The notes below the pieces were generated by a model. It did no database searches, was not told the DNA's origin, and was given only the letters and a program-made list of their open reading frames with translations. Below are positions 37,796-51,184 of a stretch of 64,000 bases of DNA, in pieces. Origin of the DNA: Mytilus trossulus (Eukaryota); the NCBI RefSeq assembly GCF_036588685.1, contig NC_086380.1, forward strand, positions 71,052,001 to 71,116,000, given 5' to 3'. The stretch's first letter is position 1; the number at the start of each line of letters is the position of its first letter. The position numbers and the translations under genes are program-made.

Positions 37796-39620
37796 GTTGT
37801 CTGTCTATTATAGATTGAGACCTACAATGTAAATCTTTTCGATATGATTTAATCTATTTAGGCCAATGCACATGTCATGAAGTTCACTATAACATTAGAT
37901 CATTCTTAAGATTGATTTCATTGACTTACCTTCTTGCGTTTAAAAATTCAGGCATTGCACTTTTAATTTAAAAAGAATATCATTAAGATGAAAAAATAAA
38001 GATACAATGCAGGTATTTTTGACAAATAGCCTTTTCATATAAAAGAGAAGCTGTGGTATGTTTGCCAATGAGGCAACTATCAACAAGAGACCAAAATAAT
38101 ACAGACATTAACAACTAGTTTACCGTACGGCCTTCAACATTGAGCAAAGTCCATACCAAATAGTCAGCTATAAAAGGCCCCGAAATGACAATGTAAAACA
38201 ATTCAAACAAGAAAACTAACGGCCTCATTTATATAAAACAATGAACGAAAAACCAATATCTAATACATGAAAAAACGACAACCACTGAACTACAGTCTCC
38301 TGACTTGGGAGAGTACATACATACAAAATGTGGTAGGTTATAAAAAGTCAACAATACTCTCGAATTTTATGTATAGCGCTTATAAGACGATATAAGACAA
38401 AACGATCTATGTGATGAAGTTGAATAAATCGCCTTTAGATTTTTACTACTATAGAATACTTGTATATATTTCACAGAGGACGAGACGGATCTGCTCAAAT
38501 TGTTTCAACGTGTGGTGTAGGGTATGCCTACCCTTCGAACTACTGTAATCACTACTAGTTTTGTAAAATAAAAGGGTTTTCGCATTGCTCTTGCTTTGGT
38601 TTTTTTTTGTTTTTGGTAGGAGTTACTTGAAGGATGCCATATGTGGAGCAAATATGTGTACCCTTACGGGGAACGTGAGATTATTTTTGGTTTTGGTTGG
38701 GTTCGTGTTGCTCAGTCCTGAACGTTTCTATGTTGTATTTTATAGATTGTACAAAGGTGTATCCTATAGACCTTTCTTTGCCATGACGTTTTCAGTTAAT
38801 TTCCGACTTATGAATTTGCCTATTCTTTCAATGAACAATTTTACTTTTGGTATTTTGAGGGTTTTTTATTGGCTTTTTTCCCTGTGAAATGCGCGTATTG
38901 CTTTATAGATTGTTGATTTGTGTTATACTTCTACCTTGTTTTGAATTTTCGCTTTTAACTGCTGCGCCACTGATCAGACTGAACAAAATGAGTGGTCCAC
39001 GTTTAAAGCTTTGTTTATTTTCAAGACAGGTTTTACGACATGAGTTGCTTCATCTTTTCTAACAATTTTATCGCAGTAGGCAGAAATCACTGCATTGTAA
39101 GAAGTCGTGCTTAATATGTTAAATATCTGACTTAACATGTTTAGCTAATTCTGATTACATCAACCAGTATTTGCTGTGTCACTGATTGAATGTATTAACG
39201 ATCACAGAAACTTTAAAATGATTTGCTTATAATAGAATACCAAAAAGGAATGTCCTAAAGGGCATTAGTTTGCTTCCTTTGAAATTACGATTGTTTCAAT
39301 CCTTGTAAAAGCAGACATGAAGTTTTTCTTCATAGGTTAAAATTAACATGTTGCTCGATAAAATCATTTAAACATTTGTGATTTATTTGTGTTTAGTAGT
39401 GTTGGCTAATAATTGGGTAATTCTTTGTGCATAATGCAAACATAAACGTGTCATGTCTTTTGTTTAATTTTCATTGTTTCGGACGTTATATGCTAATCCT
39501 AAAATTTTGATGTAAGCATTGGTAAATATTGCCCAGAATGCAATATATTCTGCAAATTCATTTCATTTCAATTACAAAAGAAATCAAAATTATAATAAGA
39601 AAAGGACTTTTATTAATGTT

Positions 39621-40045
39621 TTATGCATCATAAAGAAATACACCAGTGAAAGTGTTGTAAGGATCATTTCCGTTCAAAGTCGGTGTTCCTAGGCCTCCAT
39701 CTGCATTCCTTATCCAGACTACGTCGCCCCTCTGCAGTAAATGTACTGTTGTCTGGCTGTCCATGTCCTTTTTATTAGATGTACAATACACTATGGAAAT
39801 TCTAACACCGTTTTTGACCATTTCAATGTAAACTGCCACATCTGTTGCGGTCATAATGGTAAACGATAACAGATAAATGCCGGTAGTAGGTACGATAAAA
39901 TGACCATGCCTAACGTCATAAGAGTTCCCAATATTTGTAAACACTTTATTGTATTCAATGACCTGATGCGTCCCAAGTAAAACTGGTCTTCCTGTTAAAG
40001 CAACACTGAATGCTACCTTAGTGATGGCTGGTGATGCTGTCGTAA
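39621..40045 (-). CDS. C1qDC gene 8, exon 3 (C1q domain); spliced product 322 aa
   Basis: Acceptor tttacag|TT. Open frame KVAFSVALTGR..TNIGNSYD..LQRGDVVWIR..NTFTGVFLYDA-stop, then AATAAA. Confidence 0.93.
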
Positions 40046-41233
40046 CTGTAAATGAATTTTAGTCTTAAAATCAAAGTTTCCATATGCATGACATATGTAC
40101 CCATATTTTGACTATTTTGTTTATTATGTCTGTTTTTGTTGATGCATTGTTTTAAATATAACGGAATTGGATGCGATTGTCATACAAATGAGAGGTTTAG
40201 CGCTATAAACCAGGTCCAATCCACCATTTCTACATTTGAAAATGCTAGTACCAAGTCAGGAATATGACAGTTGTTGTCCATTTGTTTGATTTCTTTTGTC
40301 ATTTGATTTTGCCATTTGATTATGTACTTTCCGATTGAATTTTCCTCGGAGTTCAGTATTATTGAGATTTTACTTTTTTAATAGTTATGTACACATGCAA
40401 AAGGTTTTAACAAAATATACCGATGATTTAAAATTATAAAGTATAAAAAGGGACTTGTTTCATCCAGCGTTATACTTTTCATATTCGTTAATATGATTAC
40501 TTATTATATACATTAACTTACGTCGGGAAGATATTTTGGTTAAGCCACTGCTTTCCTGCAGTGTTCGGGTTATAAAAATGACAAATTATAACAAAACTTA
40601 ATTTATGTCGCGCTATTTAGGAAACGAAGTAAATTTAGCAGCATTATCACAATAAAGGACACAACAGGAATAGCCAAATTCAGTTTCATAGTTTCTCAGT
40701 AATATCGTTATCTTTCAAAAGGAAATATATTAAGAACAATATGTTTAAAATCATTATTGAAGCACTTGCAACTGAAATAATGATACTGTTTTGTGACCAA
40801 CAACCAACCGGCAGTAAGTGGATCCAATGCTAGTAAATGGAAAAAAGAATAGTCGTGCGCCCAAACCCCTAAATGTGAATAGGGATGCGAATATACGATG
40901 AAACGCTATGAGCTATATGTCACTTAGGGTCACAAACAAATAGAAGAATTTGGTTAAATAAAATTGAGAATTGGTAAAAGGAATGTGTAAAAGAGACAAC
41001 AACCTTACCAAAGCAAAGTAAACTTTGTCTAATGGAATCGAATTTTAATTTCTTTTAAATAATTAATCAACGGTATATTGAAGAAAGAGGCTGCATTTCA
41101 GAAATAGTCTTTGGACCCTGACTTTGATTGCCAAATTTGAAAAAATATGTTTTGAAGGAAGTTCTCACATATAAAATATGATATTATATAATAGCAACCT
41201 AATTAAAAACGGGCTAATAAGATCTGAACTTAC

Positions 41234-41668
41234 AAGTATCCTGAAGGAGTCTTTTTTGTAAATGAGTACTTTCCTCCGGCATCGTGGACCCATTTAACAT
41301 TTGGACCATCCTTATATGTTCTTCGTCCTTACTATACATTTTTTGGTAAAAGAGAGTATCATTTTCATGTTTCAAAAAGACCTCTTTGGTTGATGCTTTG
41401 GCTTTCCCAGTTAAAGTATCAAAGTTCCAATCTGAATGTTTAAAGTTATGTATAGTCTGTTTTATAACATGGCTCTCCTCTTCTAATGCGTTTACTCTGT
41501 CTAATAGTGCTGCATTTGTCTTTGATGTCGAATGTACAACCAGTCGAAGGTTTGTATCATCCTTTTCTAATGCATTCATCTTCTCCACCAATTTAATGTT
41601 CTGTTCAGTCGTCGAATCTAGTTTTAGCTTAACCTGGATGAGATCCTGATTCAAATGTTCAAACTGTC
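41234..41668 (-). CDS. C1qDC gene 8, exon 2 (coiled coil + linker ending QKRLLQDT)
   Basis: Acceptor attacag|GA, donor ACT T|gtaagt. 435 nt, phase 1-1. Confidence 0.87.
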
Positions 41669-42208
41669 CTGTAATAGTTATCAAAGATACCAGGCTTATG
41701 ATTTAATACGCCAGACGCGCGTTTCAAAAGAATCAATTTTACTTTTTAAATTCGTAAGTATATATCCATCATGCTAATCTCTTAGTCATTGCCAGCTTTG
41801 GCAATACTTTTTGTCCCTTTCATATAAATTATTAAGCTCTTTGATCATTTGAATAAGTTTAGTATTTTCAAATATTGTGGCCTCGAACATGTTTAAACTA
41901 TCATATAATGAAACTAATCAAGTTAATCAATTAAGTTATATATCTTCCTCATGCAAAGCCATGATTCTTTGCCCTTATTTTATGTCAATATGTTTTGTCC
42001 AGTAACAATGTCTGAATTGTTAAGGAACATGAAGAGTTGTCAATTATAGAATTGTGAAGCTGTTGAAAAAACAATGTTATTAATGTAACGGAAAATTACT
42101 CCGCATCCAAATACTCTTATCACAGACTAAATTTTGAAACATATTTTCCTATTTATTTGTTTGGTCGAAATTTCCATTGTTTGAATTGTTAATATGTATG
42201 AATAAGTA

Positions 42209-42657
42209 GGTCCGAGAACACAATTAATTCGTAGTGCATTTCTTTTAGAACATAAATGAAAATAAAAAAAATCCCACCTGCGCTTTCTCATAGAAACTTT
42301 TACAGTGTGTTGTACTACTTTTGGGACAAATTATATCAAATTTATAGAAAACTTCATCGTCTCTAACTCAAAATATGGACAATTTTATGTTTAGGGCGTC
42401 TTGAAATCTTTTGACAGCTTCCGAAGTGTTCATTTTCAACCTTTTTCAGCTGGACCAATCATACTTTCCTTTAAAATTCTGGACCCAAATTTTTTTACAG
42501 TGTAATTTCATCCCCCTACTTGCAATTTGAGGCATTGAACATGGAGAAATAAATTTGGAAGGGGTTTAAAAATTAATGGCAAGTAACCCATTGTCAACAC
42601 TAGGGACTATATTTGTGAACAACGAAAATCAAGGGACGACAATGGTGGTCTCGGACC
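42209..42657. mobile_element. 449-bp TIR element with 4-bp TSD (AGTA); superfamily uncertain
   Basis: agta|GGTCCGAGAACAC ... GTGGTCTCGGACC|agta: 13-bp TIR with 1 mismatch. Confidence 0.7.
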
Positions 42658-43263
42658 AGTAGCAGGAATACATAAATACGACATAACTTCTACACGAATG
42701 TATAAAGTAGGAATTCAGTATCCTATAGGGAAGGACAGTGATTACAACTGGAAGGATCAGATAGGTACATGCACCACCCCATCCAAAAAGGTTGAAGATG
42801 CCAACTCTCATTTCAAGTAAAAATCTATAAAAGTTTACCACTATAGGTCGAGGTACAGCATTCAACACGGAGCTTTGGCTCACATCGAACAGTAAGCTAT
42901 AAAGGGCCCTAAAATTACTAGTGTAAACCCATTAAAATGGGAAAACCAACGGTCTAATCTATACAAAAACGAGAAACGAGAAACATTGATGAACTACATA
43001 TTAAACAGACGACAACTACTGTACATCAGATTCCTGATCTAGGACAGGTGCAAACAATTGCAGCAAGATTAAACGTTTAAATAATAACAAGCCTTCTCTT
43101 TTTCTGAATCAATAGTATAACATCACAACATAAATGCACGTTTTGAATCCTTACATAGATTGTTTTTTTAAATAGTCAAGAATTTAAAGAGGGTATTAAT
43201 GTTTTGTTTTAATACTAACAAAACATTTTCAAGCATCAGGATTGATTTAACTATGGTCTTATC

Positions 43264-43388
43264 CAGGGTTTCCCCTGGGTCAATTATTTTTTTCGCCACC
43301 TCTTTTGCCAAAACAATATATTTTTCGCCACTTTATTATTTTTTTCGCCAAATATATTTTTCCTTTAAAATTTTCTTTTTTTTCAGCA

Positions 43389-43419
<31 letters not shown>

Positions 43420-44139
43420 AATAAGAAGTGTTTTTTTACAACAAAACGAAGAATCTTATTACTTGGAATTGATCCCTCGTGTAAGGTGTAGTCATTACAT
43501 TGAAGGCTTATAACTCTCATGCCAACCTTTTAAATATATTTCTTCATAACGACAGTTTTCTTTTCTAGACCATTGTAAATAAGTAAAACTATATGCTTGA
43601 AACACCTGTGTTACTGAAACGACTTTGAAGTATCCACTCAAATCAATGATCTATATGAAAGTTAAATGATAAAGTTTAAAATCAGAGACCTTTCTAGCTT
43701 TTGAACATTTTTCGTCATAACAATAATTTTCTTTTCAAAAGAAGGAGAGGAAGCGTAAATTTTGCTTCAAACACGTGCGTCGCAACGCGGTAAATAAATC
43801 CCTTTTGAGACATGTGACAGAAGCCATTTAACCATATCATTTTGTCATATCATACAATCAACACCTTTATTAATTAGTCCTTTGATGTCGATAGCTATAA
43901 ACGCAATCAGCTGATTATTGATTTTCTGTCGAAATCTTAACGAGTTCAAGGTGAATTCCGAGTATTGTCTGATCGGTAAAGTCAGAGAAACCCTAAAAAA
44001 GTAAACAAACAAGATGGCTGAAAATAAATCGTTATATATATTTCTTTCGCCAAATTCTTTCGCCAATGACGAATTTTAATCGCCACAATTATTATTTTTT
44101 CGTAAATTGCGAAAATGGCGACCGCCAGCGGAAACCCTG
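43264..44139. mobile_element. Non-autonomous hAT-type element, 876 bp, 8-bp TSD, in intron 1 of gene 8
   Basis: gtcttatc|CAGGGTTTCC ... GGAAACCCTG|gtcttatc, with subterminal TTCGCCA repeats. Single empty site in gene 6 (~33118, gtcttttc). Confidence 0.88.
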
Positions 44140-44201
44140 GTCTTATCACTATAATAGAGTGATCACGGGTTATTTCAAATACAGAAAAAAATAATACGTA
44201 C

Positions 44202-44310
44202 TCCGTAAGATAACCAGTTGTTGAGTAATGTCATCAGGGTCCGAAGTTGGAGTCCCTATTGAATTCTGAATATAAACTCCAAGGATCACAAGAGTAATGC
44301 ATGCAACCAT
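44202..44310 (-). CDS. C1qDC gene 8, exon 1 (signal peptide MVACITLVILGVYIQNSIGTPTSDPDDITQQLVILR)
   Basis: ATG at 44310, donor CGG A|gtacgt. Same length (109 nt) as gene 6 exon 1. Confidence 0.8.
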
Positions 44311-47300
44311 TTTGTTGGGTCTGGTTTAAAATCAGAACGATCTGTAATGTCATATTTTATCTTGATAGGTATGTATAAGTTCATAACTAGTAGATAAGTT
44401 TATGTGTGTGTCAAAACCTTATATCTATGAGAGTTATATAGTAATTATGCAGAAACTTGTTAATTCGAGTTAGACGACAGTAGCTGCGCTGTCTGTTAAC
44501 TTCGTATCGTATTAACGTGTGTCAACTGTATAGGTAGTAGAAAATTTGCTTTGTTTGATTTATTTTGAGAGAGAATTTTCATAGAATCAAAGGATTACTT
44601 TCGTGGTAATCACGCACGAATATATCTCAGTGAAATCAGCATAGTTTTGCATAGGCTACAGACGCAGTTTCGAAAACATGGTATCTCGGCAAAAGAGGGG
44701 CGAAAGATACCAGAGGAAAATTCAAACTCAAAGATCGGAAATAAACTGCCAACGCCATGGCCAAAAAAGAAAAAGACAAATCGACAAATGTTAACCAATG
44801 AAAATACTCTAACGGACTAAGCATATAAATGTATACAAATATTAGAAGATATGAAATCATAAAGGAATACTAAAAATGAAATGACTACAATTTACTAAGT
44901 GATATAGAACAACAGCCAGAATCTTACGCAATAATGTCTAAATCGTTTTACTATTTCAATATAATGGCCGTTTAACAGCTCGACAATGTAACGTTGAACA
45001 TTGGATATAACTACTACCCTTTCGATGACTTTTAGTGCGAGGTTTGGCATGCCTTAAAACCAGGTTCAACCCACCACTTTAATTACCCTTTAAAAGTGTC
45101 CTGTACCAAGTCAGGAAGATGGCCATATTTATAATATTGTTCGTTTCTGTTTTCTCTTATTTTTTAGATAAGACGTGGCACGGTACTTGTCTATCCCATA
45201 TTCATGTATTTGGTTTTGATGTTATATTTGTTATTCTCGTGGTGTATTGTTTGTTGCTTGGTCCGTTTCTGTGTGCTGTTGCGTTTCGGTGTTGTGTCGT
45301 TGTTCTCCTCTTATATTTAATGCGTTTCCCTCAGTTTTGGTTTGTTGCCCCGATTTTGTTTTTTGTCCATGGATTTATGAGTTTTGAACAGCGGTATACT
45401 ACTGTTGCCTTTATTTATACGGCACCAGTTTACGGTAGTCACCTATCCAGCAAGAAAATTATGAAATGTAACATTTCATGGTCAACACAGGTATAATGGT
45501 AAAGAGTAAACAGATTGCTAGTTTTTAAAGTTTCCTCGCTTAACATAGTCATTATCACATTACAATTAGAAGATTAAGTTTATATCATGAACACTCCGCA
45601 AAGAGGACAGTTTGAGCAATCAATTTGTAGATCATAGTGGATTTGCCGGAATTTTTTAATTTCAACTCTATTTTTCAAATAAAAATAAAATAAAATGTAT
45701 TTTTTGAGCTTCATATTCAATTGCAATTAAAACCTCCTTAGTCAGGCTAGTTAAGCCATGATCAGACTTTTTTTATTTCCAAAATTCCAGGTTTGTCTTC
45801 AATTAAAATTTTTAGCAATAAAACACATTAACTTTTCCACAGGAAAAAAATTACTTCAAAGAGTCAGACTTTCTTTAATGGCTCTTTGACTCATTTCGAA
45901 ATAGTTCAAGTTGTACTCCGGTATTTGTTCATCCTTGGCTTTCAAATGTTTGGATTTCAATATTTCTAATAAATTTTTAATCAGAAACGAAATTTGACAC
46001 AGCAATCTCATTTTTTAGATGAATTGTATAAACTGTATCTTCATTCAGAAATAAATCTGTTCTCACAAGGTCATTTGTTTAAAACGCAAATATTACTACT
46101 TAATGTTATCGAGTTCATTTTGTAGGAGCTCTGTACAGCTTGGTCGGCATGCGATTTTATATAATTCCAGTTTTGTTGGTTATTTCGATACACTTACGAC
46201 ATGTACGAGTTACAGATCGAAGCATTAACAGATTACAGACTTATCTCTTCTTTTAATGTTTATTTCAAATTTTTATATTGCTGTTATTTCTAGTCTTATT
46301 CCCCTAACATCGTTATATAGGTCATTTGTTTATTGACCTACGATCCTTACGTATTCAGTTTGTTCTGTATTTTGTAAAATGCGTTCTAAATACGTCTCCT
46401 ACACAACGCTACGTTTTGACAAAACAAACCAAAAATTAAATAAACCAACTTGTTCAGAGTTGATAACAATGTAAAAGACAAACTACTGTTTTTTTATAAA
46501 TATTATGCACGTGCATAACTGCATTGCCCGGTTATTCGTTTTAAGTACAGTGTATATTATCTGTTCACTATGACGAGTTTATTGGTTTTTGGGGAATCAG
46601 AGTTATGTATAATACACGTTATATAGAACACGTAAGCAGACAATTGATTTACACGTCCTTCCGTGTTTTCATTTTATGACCATGCCAGCCTAGTTACGTA
46701 CTCTTAATGTCTCTGGTAATGTTGTTATATTTGTAAATCAATGAGAACATAGCAGGGATTTCTACATGATAAATATAGACTTTATATATTCTTAAGTAGG
46801 TCAACACCAGCAAGTTCTGATGTTTGAGATTTTGGACATGATAATTCAATCTTGTCTGATTAGGTGAAAAATGCGTTGTAGCGACATGATTGTTAAATAT
46901 TATTATTAATTCGAACTGAGTAAGTTCTGATGCTGTAGATTCTTGACGTGAACATTCACACTTGTTTGATTAGGCGAATGTCCGTAATAAAATGTGTGTC
47001 AGCGACACGGTTGTTGATATTACTATTAATTCGAACTGAGATATTGACAAAGCATGTGTATACAGGCATTTACTTGCATTTCAGTTATTTCTATTTTAGT
47101 AAAGGGAGAATTAAACTAGTGACGAAGAATATAACTTAATGTTGACTACTGCACCCCTATCTGTACCATTTTTACCAATTAGTTATGTTTGCTTTGTTCA
47201 AACATCGTTGTCAATATAATGGAATTTAAAGCTACTGTCACACAAGTGGGTGGTTTACCTAGCTTAAAGACCAGGCTTGATTTACAATTTTCTACATAAG

Positions 47301-47654
47301 AAATGCATGTACCAAGTCAGGAATACGACAGTTGTTATCTATTCGTTTGATGTGTTTGATGTGTTTGATGCGATTGAGCTTCTGATTTTCGCATTTGATT
47401 AGAGACTTTCCGTTATGAAGTTTCCACGGCGTCCAGTATTATTTTGTGATTTTACTATTTTCCATGTTCTGTGAGGATATGATGAAATAAAATACTAAAA
47501 TAAAAGAACTAATTTGATATACACAATTCAAAACTGTTTTTATTTCGAAATATGATGAAACTTGTATTAACGTGAATAATATTGATATCACCCCAGTATG
47601 CTAATACAAAACAATCGTCATAAGTTGTATTACACATACAAATTGTTTTAATTA

Positions 47655-47881
47655 GAGCATTTGCATTAATCAAGTATTTGCTGGCGTATCCGTATCGACG
47701 TATCGTATAACACGTATATGAGGAAAGGATAAATTAAGGCTAGCTGGTCCCGATGAAAATATTTCATAATGCCTTTAAATTTTATTGAGATCGGGGTAAA
47801 ATCATTATTGTAAGCAAATCTACCCGATCCGTATACGTCGATCCGTGCACGTATCCTGATACGTGAATAATGCAAATGCTC
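47655..47881 (+). mobile_element. 227-bp TA-flanked MITE (TIR GAGCATTTGCATTA)
   Basis: ta|GAGCATTTGCATTA ... TAATGCAAATGCTC|ta. Near-identical inverted copy at 48479-48705. Confidence 0.85.
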
Positions 47882-47951
47882 TATTAGAGCATTTGCATTA
47901 TTCACGTATCAGGATACGGACACGGATCGACGTATACGTATGATGTGTTTT

Positions 47952-48473
47952 TTAAAATGAAATTGATTGTACATGCTTTACTCAACCTGGTATTATGAAA
48001 TCAAGCTGTTCTGTACTGCAAAATCGGTGGCAGACAGAACCGCATAGAAATACAAAAAGGTGTAATAATGTTTGTTTATCAAAACAACTTTGGAGAAAAA
48101 AATACACTTCGTTTTTTGTACTTATCTTTTGTGAACGGTTAAAGTAAATTTTAAGTCAAAATATACCAAGTAGCATTCAAATTTCTTCATTAAAAGTAAT
48201 TTGCAACGCACTGGCAAAATCCAAATGACGACAAAAAAAACAACACTAAATTCCGAAAAAATGAGATAGAAAAGTAAAGACTGATTAACACGAATCATAC
48301 ATAAACATTAAAGGAGCCAGCTGGTTCTGTTTACGGCTGTCAACTTTTGTGTCACAAAAATGTTCATTGTTTTTGCCACGGTGCCGTCCTATCTTCAAAC
48401 AAAACAATTAATTTTAGAATGACTTGAAAAAGTATGGAGAAAAAAATACATCATTTAAATGTATTTGCAGGCC
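47952..48473 (+). repeat. 522-bp direct copy of 50825-51346
   Basis: Same length and sequence (ttaaaatgaaattgattg ... gtatttgcaggcc). One substitution noticed. Confidence 0.92.
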
Positions 48474-48478
48474 TATTA

Positions 48479-48705
48479 GAGCATTTGCATTATTCACGTA
48501 TCAGGATACGGACACGGATCGACGTATACGTATCGGGTAGATTTGCTTACAATAATGATTTTACCCCGATCTCAATAAAATTTTAAGGCATTATGAAATA
48601 TTTTCATCGGGACCAGCTAGCCTTAATTTATCCTTTCCTCATATACGTGTTATACGATACGTCGATACGGATACGCCAGCAAATACTTGATTAATGCAAA
48701 TGCTC
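48479..48705 (-). mobile_element. Second, inverted copy of the 227-bp MITE
   Basis: Reverse complement of 47655-47881 with about 4 substitutions seen. Confidence 0.85.
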
Positions 48706-51184
48706 TACTACTAAGTATGACACATTGACAAATAAAGTAGCGTATATCCACGTCATTGTAAAGTTGTCTCATTGCCAATTATGCTAAATCTTCTAGAAGA
48801 TGTTATATAGGGAAGCATTTGAGTTAATGCATTTGACTGTATTTCATTCTTTTAGAAAATATTGCATAGTGTTTCAGGTATGCTTAGATCTTTGCAGCTT
48901 TTGAATGAGATTTAAAACCGTTATTTTTAAAACCAAATATATAAAATGGAAGCATAGTTAACTGTAAACTTTACTAGAAATGAAATCCTTATAAGCACGC
49001 GACAACTATAGGCGATATACAATCAATTAAACAGTTTCGTCACCAAAATATGATCTAGCATAATTCAGAATGATCATATAACCGTTTGCAAAGCGTGTTT
49101 ACAATACTTAGTAAGAACACACAAAGAAACGAATTGTGATATAACAACTGCCATTTTCCTGACTTGGTACAGGACATTTTAAGAAAGCTAAAATGGTGTG
49201 TTGAACCTAGTTCTGTAGCTTTATGTAGAATATGGAATATTTCTGTTTCTGTGGAATGTATTCGGTGCGGTGGCAATTACGCAAAACTCCGAAGCATATA
49301 AATGAACAAAAAATTAAAGACTTATAGTTGCCAGAGGTTTCTGACTTGGAACAGGAGCATAAATGCGGCGCAGTTAATCTTGTTCTGTGAGAGTTCAACC
49401 CGCCCAAATACCTCTAGCCAATTTGATATTAAAAATGACAACCGCACTCAATTTAATAAAAGATCGAGTCAGGCGTTAAATTTGTAACATAAGAAACCTA
49501 GCAAAATGACAATGATGTTTACTCAATTACTTACACTAAAATCAAAATGTCACAATCGGTTATGCAACACGATCGGCAGAAATTACATACTAAACGCAGA
49601 GAGATACAAAACAGCATCAATGATCAATTTGACCAAATGAAAAAGCATTACACATATTTAATGCATCTTTCTCTTTCGAAATTATCATTTTCTCATAGCT
49701 TGTTTTTTTTCCCCATTTTTTTTCAGAAATTGCTATCTTGGTATAAATGGACAACAATTGGTTAAGGTGTCTTGGTTATCTGCTTAATGTCCAACATCGA
49801 GATTTCTATCGTAGTGGTCGGTCTCCTGAATTTTGCTTTTAAAATCTTTTGTTGATGTTAAATAGAGATAATTCATTAATTAATTTGACGCTATTGGTAT
49901 AGACATTCAGATCGGATTTCGATTCCAACAGAGAGATATTTTGATATTGCATATTGTATAATCGCATCAAATATACCATCTGTATTTATTGTTTTTCTTA
50001 GATTACCGAACTTAAAGTAAAAAGTCAATTTTCAAATGGCAATATCAAGGGCACAAACACATCAAACAATTGGTAAACAACATTCATATTCCTGACTTTG
50101 TATAGACATGACAAGGAATTAATTCAGAGAAAGGTAGATTAAATAATTATGCTGCAAAAAGTATTCAATGCAAATACAAGTCTTGATTCAAATTTATCAG
50201 ACGCATTGAATAACCATTTTACCTTCTATCAATCATACATTGTCAATTAAATTGTATTCAAATGATTTTGTTATGCCACTGTTTCTTATATTTACAGATA
50301 TTTGCAAAAGACAAAAAGTATTTTGTAACTTCTAAGTCTTATAATCAACTGTCGTTATTAAATGTTTCCTAATTATTATTTCTCTAATGTTTTTTCTTTG
50401 TTTTTGTTTGTAAGACGGTTATGACAAGAAAGGCGGGTGGTGAAGTTGCAATGAATTAGTCCATTTGTTTTAGGTATTTTTGTTATATAGCTCTTCAAAT
50501 GTTTCGGTACTTATACATCCCTCGGATTTCAAATGTTTTGCTTTGAGCATTCATGATGAAGGTAAATCCAAAAAAGCGTTTCCGACGGAACAAATTATCA
50601 AACGTGTTGTTTTTATTTCCTTTTAGAAAAGGTGTGTTGATTGTAAAATCGTGCAAATAACATAATATGGTTTTTATCATACCAAAACAAAGAATACTAC
50701 CAACAATTGAAATGAACTCATAGCACTCAACCTCCTGATATGAAATCATGTTGTTCTGCACTGCAAATATCTGGTTGTTTTTCAAGGAAGTAGTAAATAA
50801 AGACATTTTAAATGTACAAAATAATTAAAATGAAATTGATTGTACATGCTTTACTCAACCTGGTATTATGAAATCAAGCTGTTCTGTACTGCAAAATCGG
50901 TGGCAGACAGAACCGCATAGAAATACAAAAAGGTGTAATAATGTTTGTTTATCAAAACAACTTTGGAGAAAAAAATACACTTCGTTTTTTGTAATTATCT
51001 TTTGTGAACGGTTAAAGTAAATTTTAAGTCAAAATATACCAAGTAGCATTCAAATTTCTTCATTAAAAGTAATTTGCAACGCACTGGCAAAATCCAAATG
51101 ACGACAAAAAAAACAACACTAAATTCCGAAAAAATGAGATAGAAAAGTAAAGACTGATTAACACGAATCATACATAAACATTAA

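Larger units (their letters stand above)
34790..45980. repeat. Segmental duplication unit 2 (genes 7+8)
   Basis: Collinear with ~23700-34600, differing by substitutions and unit-specific element insertions. Confidence 0.88.

Noticed and set aside
45119-45496. Hydrophobic 125-aa ORF resembling a membrane protein (similarly 7300-7518, 35226-35432, 38585-38887)
   Set aside because: These lie in T-rich interspersed repeats with several copies in the window.
46812-47040. Two diverged ~110-120-bp tandem copies ending attaattcgaactgag
   Set aside because: Real but ordinary local duplication with no sign of function.
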